Source of the DNA: Candidatus Kaiserbacteria bacterium CG10_big_fil_rev_8_21_14_0_10_47_16
Lineage (GTDB): Bacteria > Patescibacteriota > Minisyncoccia > Phycocordibacterales > UBA918
Direction: 5' to 3'
DNA length: 55,285 nucleotides
NCBI GenBank assembly: GCA_002773395.1
Contig: PFBI01000006.1
Span: 86,177 to 141,461, forward strand
The notes under the pieces were generated by a model. It was not told where the DNA came from. It saw only the letters and a list, made by a program, of their open reading frames with translations, and did not search any database. Positions 46,625-55,285 of the stretch are shown piece after piece (the stretch's first letter is position 1; each line of letters opens with the position of its first letter). Both the position numbers and the translations under genes were made by a program.

Positions 46625-47023
46625 TTACTCCGTTGTCTCCCCATCAAAGTGTTCCTCCCCTTTCAATGCATCTGCTTTTGTTTTGTGAATCGTACCGTCT
46701 TTATGTTCTGGGGGTGAGTAGAGTGAGTAGAGTTTCAGAGGTTCTGTGCTGCTCGTGTTTATAAAATTGTGTCGTGTCCCAGCAGGAACAACAATCGCGC
46801 AGCCGTCACCAATTTTTGTTTCTTCACCATTTAATACCGCAAGTCCTTCCCCTGCTTCAATACGAATAAACTGAGCGTGCCCTTCGTGTACTTCTGCTCC
46901 AATGTCGTCATTTGGTGCAATACTCATGAGGACAAGCTGTGTGTTCTTTGAAGTATAGAGAACCTTCCGAAAATTTTCATTTTCAAGAGTATCCTTCTCA
47001 ATATTTGTGATGTATCCGTGCAT
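46625..47023 (-). CDS. Cupin domain protein
   Basis: NENFRKVLYT, QLVLMS, EVH, VPAGTRHN and LYSLYSPPEH motifs. Confidence 0.9.
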   Translation of the reverse strand: MHGYITNIEKDTLENENFRKVLYTSKNTQLVLMSIAPNDDIGAEVHEGHAQFIRIEAGEGLAVLNGEETKIGDGCAIVVPAGTRHNFINTSSTEPLKLYSLYSPPEHKDGTIHKTKADALKGEEHFDGETTE

Positions 47024-47086
47024 ATAAATATATTTTAACATACTCCTGTTCTACGGTATGATGTCACCACTTCGTGAAGCGATTAG

Positions 47087-47173
47087 GGAGGGTTCGCATA
47101 GTGGTCTAGTGCGCCGCCTTGGAAAGGCGGTAAGGGAGCAATCCCTTCGAGGGTTCAAATCCCTCACCCTCCG
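47087..47173 (+). tRNA. tRNA-Ser(GGA)
   Basis: GGAGGGT/ACCCTCC acceptor; CCGCC-TTGGAAA-GGCGG anticodon arm; long variable arm. Confidence 0.93.
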
Positions 47174-47186
47174 CAAAAATATAATT

Positions 47187-47218
47187 AAGAAAACCCCGTC
47201 TGGTGTGACGGGGCTTCT
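47187..47218. terminator. Terminator between tRNA-Ser and a convergent small ORF
   Basis: AAGAAAA-CCCCGTC-TGGTGT-GACGGGG-CTTCT. Confidence 0.75.
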
Positions 47219-47243
47219 CCTAAATGCGCGGCGGCAAGAACTG

Positions 47244-47384
47244 TTATTCTGGCGGACCCCAACCGGAGCCTTTGAAGGGGTTGTCGTCGGCCGACGACTT
47301 GGGGGACTTCCCTATCACGATCTTGGCTGCAATGGCGACAACCACCACAGCCGCAATGATCGCGCCGATAATGAGCGGGTCCAT
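47244..47384 (-). CDS. Small single-TM protein (46 aa, MDPLIIGAIIAAVVVVAIAAK...), absent from the ORF track
   Basis: AAAGGAG SD, GTGACA-N17-TACTCT promoter, terminator downstream. Confidence 0.7.
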   Translation of the reverse strand: MDPLIIGAIIAAVVVVAIAAKIVIGKSPKSSADDNPFKGSGWGPPE

Positions 47385-47432
47385 GGTTTTTCTCCTTTCC
47401 ACGGCTGTTCAACAGCCCCTAGAGTACCACCA

Positions 47433-47486
47433 CTACACATCCATGTCACGCAGGATGCGGATGCGGTCTTGAGCAGGTGGATGCGT
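47433..47486 (-). pseudogene. Displaced copy of the htpX 3' end (THPPAQDRIRILRDMDV*)
   Basis: 47440-47486 matches 48854-48900 at 41/47 with a 23-bp identical core. Confidence 0.88.
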
Positions 47487-47490
47487 CTTT

Positions 47491-48828
47491 TTAAACTTCC
47501 TTTGTTGCCTCCTTTTTTAAACTAAATAGAGAAAGTAACTTTGAACTCTTCTCTTTTCTTGGCTGAATATCGTATAGTCTGTAATCCGCTGAACTGCCAA
47601 CAAACTCATGTGCAACTATGGACACATCATATTTTTTCGTGAGTTTGTCCAAATGTGTTAATGAGTTTTTGTCTTTATTTGAGAACCCGAGATATATCCT
47701 TCCCTGCGGTTTTAAGTATTCTTCAACATTTTCAAAGAAACGATCTAGTACATTGAACCCATCAGTCGAAACACTGTTCATGAGCCGTGTATGGTTATCT
47801 TTAATTTTTTCTTGGTGGAATGGCGGGTGAAAAAATATTACATTGGCTTTTTCCTGACCTACCGCTGTGAATACCGATCCTTCTCGCACATCAACATTTT
47901 TGAGTTTAAATCGTGCAACATTTTCTTTAGTGTTTGCAACTGCGGCAGGGTTGATATCTACGCTAATGACTTTCTTTGCTCCATTCAAAGCACCTAGAAT
48001 TCCAAGATTCCCCGGACCGCAGCCGATATCAAAAATGACCTTATCTTTACAAAGATCTTTTGTAATATGTTTTGCAAACGTCAGGGAGCTTCTGAAGCGA
48101 TTGGGCGGGTACACGTCGGGGTACACAACCCATTCACGATCTGCATAGAGAATATTAAACTTTTCATCGTACTGCTTCATATTTTCATAAATACCCTCCG
48201 AGCTAAGTGCCGGGTAATAGCTTTTATTGATATATCCAACCTCGTCGTACTCAGCGGTTATCTTATCGAGCATACTCAGTGCTTCTTCTGCGTCTTTTGC
48301 ATAGTAGATATGCTCAGGGAGTTTGTCCCAGTACAATCCTTCTTCTTTCACTCGATTGCATAGATCTTTATACAGCTCCGCCATAGGCGAAACAATAATG
48401 ACCGGTCGATTTTCTTTACCCAAAAATTGATTGATATGTACATCGAGGACTTCATGTAGTGTCCCAAGGCCCCCTGCCAAAGCAATAAAAACATCCGCCA
48501 AATCAGTTAAGCGGCGAATGCGCAGATTGTATGAACTGAAGCCTTCCCAGTTTGAAAACCAAGGATATATCTCTGCTTCATAGTCCTTCAGTCCAACCCC
48601 ATAGACTTCTCCCCCAGCCTCATAGGCGACCCTTCCTGTCACACCCATTAGACCTGCCTTAGAAGCTCCGTTTACAAGCACAAAGTCTCTTTGTGCGATT
48701 CCTTTTGCGATCGATGTTGCATCTCTTAAGTATTTCTCGTTCTCAGTATCATTACCTGAACACATGAGTGTCACATGATATTTAAATCCGAGTTTCTTTT
48801 TTTCTTCTACACTAATCATTGTATGCAC
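47491..48828 (-). CDS. LOG/SLOG-family domain fused to a class I SAM methyltransferase (HemK/MTS-like)
   Basis: N-terminus: GLMG, GGEVYGV, FIALAGGLGTLHE. C-terminus: DIGCGPG, VDINPAA, FHPPF. Confidence 0.85.
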   Translation of the reverse strand: MHTMISVEEKKKLGFKYHVTLMCSGNDTENEKYLRDATSIAKGIAQRDFVLVNGASKAGLMGVTGRVAYEAGGEVYGVGLKDYEAEIYPWFSNWEGFSSYNLRIRRLTDLADVFIALAGGLGTLHEVLDVHINQFLGKENRPVIIVSPMAELYKDLCNRVKEEGLYWDKLPEHIYYAKDAEEALSMLDKITAEYDEVGYINKSYYPALSSEGIYENMKQYDEKFNILYADREWVVYPDVYPPNRFRSSLTFAKHITKDLCKDKVIFDIGCGPGNLGILGALNGAKKVISVDINPAAVANTKENVARFKLKNVDVREGSVFTAVGQEKANVIFFHPPFHQEKIKDNHTRLMNSVSTDGFNVLDRFFENVEEYLKPQGRIYLGFSNKDKNSLTHLDKLTKKYDVSIVAHEFVGSSADYRLYDIQPRKEKSSKLLSLFSLKKEATKEV

Positions 48829-48849
48829 AATTATATCTACTCATGCAGA

Positions 48850-49743
48850 TTACTCCATCCCTCGCAGGATGCGGATGCGGTCTTGTGCGGGTGGGTGCGT
48901 TTGGAAAAGGCCGGAAATCTTCTGCCCAATTCCCTTTTTATCTTTTCCAAATGGGTCTGCGATGAAGAGGTGCGCGGTTGCGTTGTTGGCACGCTTCATG
49001 GGACGTGCATATGCAGAAATCTTTTCAAGTGCTGAAGCAAGCCCTTCTGGGTATCGCGTTAAGAGTGCACCTGACGCATCCGCAAGGTACTCGCGCTTTC
49101 GTGAAATTGCGAGTTTGATGAGCTGCGCCGCAATCGGTGCGAGTACAATACCGACGATACCAATAATAAGAAAAACGGGGTTACGGTCGCGATTGTCGCC
49201 ACCGCCGAACATGGTCATACGTAAAAAGATATCGGCGACAATCGCGACAAACCCTGCGAGTACGACCGCAACTGTTGAAACAAGCATATCTCGGTTTCCC
49301 ACGTGTGAGAGTTCGTGAGCAATCACTCCTTCAAGCTCACTCCGGTCAAGAATCTGGAGAATACCACTCGTCACCGCAACAACAGCATGTTCTGGGTCTC
49401 GTCCTGTTGCAAAAGCGTTTGGTGCAGGGTCTTCTACGATATATACCTTCGGCATCGGAAGGCCGGCGGTAATCGCGAGATTCTCAACAACATTCCAAAG
49501 CTCACGATGCGTATCACGATCAATCGGCTTTGCACCGGTCATCTTCACCACAATCGTGTCCGAAAACCAGTAGCTTGTGACGTTCATGATAATCGCAAAC
49601 GCAACTGCGATATAGAGAATGAACGGATTTCCGATATACCACGCGATAAAGTACCCAATCGCAATAACGATAATAAGAAAGACCGTCATGAGAAGCCATG
49701 TCTTCCGAATATTTGCACCTTGTTGTGTATAGAGTGTTGCCAT
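48850..49743 (-). CDS. htpX: Zinc metalloprotease HtpX (M48)
   Basis: PNAFATG, HELSH, SRKREYLAD and THP motifs. Confidence 0.96.
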   Translation of the reverse strand: MATLYTQQGANIRKTWLLMTVFLIIVIAIGYFIAWYIGNPFILYIAVAFAIIMNVTSYWFSDTIVVKMTGAKPIDRDTHRELWNVVENLAITAGLPMPKVYIVEDPAPNAFATGRDPEHAVVAVTSGILQILDRSELEGVIAHELSHVGNRDMLVSTVAVVLAGFVAIVADIFLRMTMFGGGDNRDRNPVFLIIGIVGIVLAPIAAQLIKLAISRKREYLADASGALLTRYPEGLASALEKISAYARPMKRANNATAHLFIADPFGKDKKGIGQKISGLFQTHPPAQDRIRILRGME

Positions 49744-49745
49744 AC

Positions 49746-50057
49746 TTATTCAACTCCTTCTAAAAAAATCTTTTTGGTAAATCCTCCTCGCGCTTCGCGC
49801 TTCTGCTCTGCAGACTCTATAACGTCACGTTCAGTAATCTCGTACGCATTATAGAGTGCGTGAAGTACTTCGTGAACATCAGCTAATTCAGCAACAAGCT
49901 CATCCTTCTCTTGCGCCGTCGTTACTTCAGTCGCTTCTTCGACTAGCTTATCTTTGAGGGCGCGACGAAACTCATCATCGGTTAACTCTCGTACAATTGG
50001 TCGTTCTCCGTTTCCTTCAATAATCTCGGGAATGCGGTCACGTACCAATTTTTTCAT
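49746..50057 (-). CDS. All-alpha NTP pyrophosphohydrolase (MazG/PRA-PH-like)
   Basis: KLVRDRIP, KLVEE..E, ELADV.EV and KR..RGGF motifs. Confidence 0.88.
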   Translation of the reverse strand: MKKLVRDRIPEIIEGNGERPIVRELTDDEFRRALKDKLVEEATEVTTAQEKDELVAELADVHEVLHALYNAYEITERDVIESAEQKREARGGFTKKIFLEGVE

Positions 50058-50061
50058 AGTG

Positions 50062-50622
50062 CTAGAAGCTTACTGCAACTGGTTCACGAGCTGCTTGTTC
50101 ATCTTCTGCAAGCTCGAAGTATTCGTTCGCTTGGAAGCCAAATGCTTTCCCAACCATGTTTCCAGGGAATGATTGCAAGCCAATCGTGAGGTCTCGTACG
50201 TTTGTATTGTAGAAACGTCGCGCTGCCTGAATTTTGTTTTCAGTATCAGCAAGTTCACGTTGGAGCTCAAGGAAGTTCTGGTTTGCTTTAAGGTCTGGAT
50301 AGTTTTCTGATACTGCAAAAAGCGTCTTGAGGGCGCCGGTTAGCATATTGTCTGCATCAGCCTTTGCTTGTGGACCTTCTGCGTTCATAGCGCGGGTGCG
50401 CATTTCTGTTACTTTGGCAAACGTTTCTTGTTCATGTGCCGCGTATCCCTTCACTGTTTCTACGAGGTTTGGAATAAGGTCAAAACGACGCTTCATTTGA
50501 ACATCAATGTCTGCAAGCGCTTCTTTCGTACGCTGGATAAGACGAACGAAATTATTGTAGGCATACATAACCCACAGTGCGATAACAACAACGATAGCGA
50601 TAATAATATAAAGAGTGCTCAT
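50062..50622 (-). CDS. lemA: LemA family protein
   Basis: RRFDLIPNLV, ENYPDLKA, ENKI..ARRFYN and FP motifs. Confidence 0.96.
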   Translation of the reverse strand: MSTLYIIIAIVVVIALWVMYAYNNFVRLIQRTKEALADIDVQMKRRFDLIPNLVETVKGYAAHEQETFAKVTEMRTRAMNAEGPQAKADADNMLTGALKTLFAVSENYPDLKANQNFLELQRELADTENKIQAARRFYNTNVRDLTIGLQSFPGNMVGKAFGFQANEYFELAEDEQAAREPVAVSF

Positions 50623-50728
50623 AGGTACTAAATTACTATATATAAAAGTAATAAGATTATACCATAATTTGACACCCTAGCCCAGTGTTGTACCATCAAA
50701 TTAAAGACATGTTCATTGGGAGGATAGG

Positions 50729-51145
50729 ATGATCATTCTGACACAAGAAGAGGCCCTCAAGACCTTGAACAAACATGGCTACAAGTTCACGGCTCAACTG
50801 CTCGAATGGGCAGTTGAGACTGGCGTGAAAGAACTCGGTTCTGCAACTATCAATGGTAAGTATGCAGTTGGGCTCTCCGAGATTCGAGACCTGATGCTGA
50901 AAGAATTCAGAATTACTATGAATGCCATTGATTTCCATAAAGCTCTGGAAGCCATGGGAGATCCTGATACCTACTTTTATTTTGGCGGGAAACAGCATTT
51001 CAGTAACGCACAATCAGAAGGAATTAGTGTTTACGAGTATCTGCTTTATCTCTCAACGGCAGTACACAAACTTTCGAACATTGCCCGTCATGATCTGGAA
51101 AAAATCACCGAGCAATTGGTGAAATCGTTGACACGGATGGTCTAA
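50729..51145 (+). CDS. Hypothetical protein (138 aa)
   Basis: TTGACA-N16-TACCAT promoter, GGAGG SD, terminator downstream. Confidence 0.7.
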   Translation: MIILTQEEALKTLNKHGYKFTAQLLEWAVETGVKELGSATINGKYAVGLSEIRDLMLKEFRITMNAIDFHKALEAMGDPDTYFYFGGKQHFSNAQSEGISVYEYLLYLSTAVHKLSNIARHDLEKITEQLVKSLTRMV

Positions 51146-51173
51146 ACCGCCTCTTGAAGTAACGGATGGTTGC

Positions 51174-51208
51174 AAAAACGGCCCGCGCAAGCGAGCCGTT
51201 TTCTTTTT
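51174..51208 (+). terminator. Intrinsic terminator
   Basis: AAAACGGCCCGC-GCAA-GCGAGCCGTTTT followed by CTTTT. Confidence 0.75.
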
Positions 51209-51210
51209 AA

Positions 51211-51322
51211 GCGTCAGGTTCGTAACGGCCTCCTACCCGGGCTCGCGGTTGTGGCATTAGAAATACCGCAACATCGCTCCGCCTTACGAACGCTAAACTC
51301 CTGACGCAGGTCAGGAGTTTTT
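51211..51322 (-). repeat. groEL terminator hairpin with an adjacent structured element
   Basis: AAACTCCTGAC/GTCAGGAGTTT stem; nested GTTCGTAA/TTACGAAC and GCGTCAGG/CCTGACGC inverted repeats. Confidence 0.6.
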
Positions 51323-51328
51323 GATGCG

Positions 51329-52993
<1,665 letters not shown>

Positions 52994-53302
52994 TTACGTA
53001 ATAATTCCGAGAATATTTGATTCCGCTACGATACAATACGTTTCACCACCCACTTTTACTTCATCAAATCCATATTTTGAAAAGAGTACGCGGTCTCCTT
53101 CTTTCACGGTCAGTGGTACGAGCGTACCGTCATCATACTTTCCAGGGCCCGCCGCTACTACGATTCCTTGTTCTGGTTTCTCTTTACTCACCGTATCCGG
53201 GATAATGATTCCCGACGCCGATACAGTTCCCGCTTCTTCAGGCGAAAGTGGTCGGACCACAACACGATCGTAGAGCGGTGTAATTGTTGTTTTTTCAGAC
53301 AT
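52994..53302 (-). CDS. groS: Co-chaperonin GroES
   Basis: [15 protein letters not shown] and [12 protein letters not shown] motifs. Confidence 0.97.
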   Translation of the reverse strand: MSEKTTITPLYDRVVVRPLSPEEAGTVSASGIIIPDTVSKEKPEQGIVVAAGPGKYDDGTLVPLTVKEGDRVLFSKYGFDEVKVGGETYCIVAESNILGIIT

Positions 53303-53405
53303 ACGTCCTGTGGATTATTCCAAATTACCTTATAATTGCTGGGCCATTATACTCCAAATCACACTCTTTCCAAATCGCCGGCATCATGCTACTATCGTCT
53401 ACGAC

Positions 53406-53636
53406 ATGGACATTATACGTACTATTCTTCCGTACGTGCAGATTATCCTCTCCATCTTACTCGTTGCCGCAATCCTATTGCAACAACGCGGTTCGAGCCT
53501 TGGTGGCGCTTTTGGAGGTGATAATTTTAGCGCAACATACCACAAGCGACGAGGCGCAGAACTCTTTCTCTTTCGACTATCTATTGTTCTCGGTATTCTC
53601 TTCGCGCTTTCTGCATTTCTGAATCTCGTTATTTAA
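53406..53636 (+). CDS. secG: Preprotein translocase subunit SecG
   Basis: ILLQQRGSSLGGAFGG...RRGAE; two TM helices. Confidence 0.92.
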   Translation: MDIIRTILPYVQIILSILLVAAILLQQRGSSLGGAFGGDNFSATYHKRRGAELFLFRLSIVLGILFALSAFLNLVI

Positions 53637-53701
53637 CGACGGTATTGTGTAGTGTACCCATTGTACTTATCATTTTTAGTATTTTCTGATTTTCCTCTTC
53701 C

Positions 53702-55285
53702 ATGAAGCTCTCTCTACGAGGTACGGCACGTCGTACACTTATTGACCGGTTTTTTAGCTACTTCTATAGCCTGAAGACAAGTGATCGATTCCTTATGGGA
53801 ATCGCCTTTGCCGCATTCGCTGCATGTATCGTATGGTTTGGCATATCGCTCAGTGAGCGGTATCTCGTCGAAACATCCGGTCAAGGTGGTGTCCTTACTG
53901 AAGGTGTTCTCGGTACACCACGGTTTATCAACCCAGTACTTGCAGTCACCCGCGCGGACAAAGATATGTCAGCACTCATTTACTCAGGGCTCATGCAACT
54001 TGGTCCCGACGGCACTCTTGTGCCTGACATCGCAAAATCCCTCACCGTTTCTGATGACGGCCTTGTGTACAACGTCATTTTCCGTGACGATGTCACCTTT
54101 CACGATGGTGCAGCGCTCACGTCAGACGATGTTGCTTACACCATCAGTCAAATTCAGAACCCATCCCTCAATAGTCCACTCCGCGCAAGTTGGGATGGAG
54201 TATCGGTTGAAGTCATCAATGAACATGAACTCAACTTCGTCCTTTCTGCAGCATACGCTCCGTTTATCGAAAACCTCACCGTCGGTATTCTCCCCCACTA
54301 TATTTGGAAGGAAGCATCCACTGAGGAATTCCCATTTAGCCAATTCAATAGCGAACCAACAGGAAGTGGTCCATACGCGATAACAAAAGTTCTTCGTGAT
54401 CAATCAGGAATTCCTGAATCATACGTGCTCACTGCATATAAAGATTTCTACGGAACAGATCCGAAGATCGATACCTTGAACGTTCTCTTTTTCACTAATG
54501 AATCCAAGATTGTAACTGCCTTTAACGAGAAGACTATCGATAGTGTCGCCGGTCTCTCACCAGAAGCAATCGGGGCGCTCGCACTCAATGACGGTGAACA
54601 CACTGTTATCACTGCCACGCTTCCTCGCACATTTGCCGTTTTCTTTAACCAAAATAAATCAACAGCACTCCGCGACAGCACTGCTCGCAAGGCGCTCGAC
54701 GCAGCTATCGATCGCGATGAGCTGGTATCTACTATTCTTGCTGGTTACGGTACACCGATTACCACACCGATTCCTCCAGGATTTGGTATTGATCTCGAAG
54801 AAGAAAACGCACCAAAAACCGACTCTCTCGAAGATGCTCGTGAAATGCTCCGTGCCGGAGGGTGGAACATTAATCAAAGTACGGGTATTCTCGAAAAGAA
54901 AGTTGATGGTGGAGTAGTGCCGCTCAGTATTAGTATTGCGACAGCAAATACTCCCGTCTTCACCGCGACCGCAGGCTACATCGAACAAAAGTGGCGAGCG
55001 CTCGGCGTAGACGTAACGGTCAAACAATTCGAACAATCAGATCTCACGCAAGCAGTTATCCGTCCTCGAAATTATGAAGCACTGCTCTTCGGGACAGCGC
55101 TTGGACGACCGCTTGATTTTTATTCATTCTGGCATTCGTCACAACGAAGTGATCCCGGTCTCAATGTTGCGCTCTATGCCAACATCACCACCGATTCAAT
55201 TCTGACGAAGGCACGAACCGATACAGACCTAGACGCACGCAAAGACGCACTCATACGGTTCATGGCGGAGATAGAGAAGGAAACG
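53702..55285 (+). CDS. ABC transporter peptide-binding protein (family 5, OppA-like), runs off the window
   Basis: Read by hand from ATG 53702: TM helix, PRFINPVLA, IYSGL, SDDGLVY, FHDG..LTSDDV and GSGPY; no stop noticed before the window end. Confidence 0.88.
   Translation, partial: MKLSLRGTARRTLIDRFFSYFYSLKTSDRFLMGIAFAAFAACIVWFGISLSERYLVETSGQGGVLTEGVLGTPRFINPVLAVTRADKDMSALIYSGLMQLGPDGTLVPDIAKSLTVSDDGLVYNVIFRDDVTFHDGAALTSDDVAYTISQIQNPSLNSPLRASWDGVSVEVINEHELNFVLSAAYAPFIENLTVGILPHYIWKEASTEEFPFSQFNSEPTGSGPYAITKVLRDQSGIPESYVLTAYKDFYGTDPKIDTLNVLFFTNESKIVTAFNEKTIDSVAGLSPEAIGALALNDGEHTVITATLPRTFAVFFNQNKSTALRDSTARKALDAAIDRDELVSTILAGYGTPITTPIPPGFGIDLEEENAPKTDSLEDAREMLRAGGWNINQSTGILEKKVDGGVVPLSISIATANTPVFTATAGYIEQKWRALGVDVTVKQFEQSDLTQAVIRPRNYEALLFGTALGRPLDFYSFWHSSQRSDPGLNVALYANITTDSILTKARTDTDLDARKDALIRFMAEIEKET

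Noticed and set aside
47058-47525. 155-aa + strand ORF
   Set aside because: It overlaps tRNA-Ser and its terminator; the better supported gene is the 46-aa minus-strand ORF

Overview
This is bacterial chromosomal DNA read in standard code 11, most consistent with a Patescibacteria/CPR (Parcubacteria-like) genome. That placement is an inference from the compact dcw cluster, class I LysRS, short RF2, degenerate PriA, minor pilins and core genes lacking Shine-Dalgarno (SD) sites. Core content: mraZ-rsmH-ftsL-ftsI-murF; greA, lysS; parB, proS-mreB-mreC-(mreD-like)-mrdA; msrB-msrA-thioredoxin-dipZ; prfB, ftsEX, pyrG; pilD with four pilin-like genes; rseP, frr, holB-like, a second mreB; murA, priA, def, fmt; lemA-htpX; groES-groEL; secG; an OppA-like protein running off the end; and five tRNAs. 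I found no integrase, transposase, CRISPR array or rRNA. The most interesting signals are as follows. (1) A promoterless, AT-rich LOG/SLOG-methyltransferase fusion gene lies between two diverged copies of the htpX 3' end. (2) Similar diverged duplications of gene ends occur at msrA and tRNA-Leu. (3) tRNA-Gln is flanked on both sides by an antisense segment plus a decoy copy, built around small palindromic elements. (4) Two expression grammars coexist: core genes look leaderless, whereas ORFan mini-units carry -35/-10, SD and terminator. (5) A riboswitch-like leader precedes a Na+/Ca2+ antiporter. All family calls come from motif recognition by eye, not from database searches.
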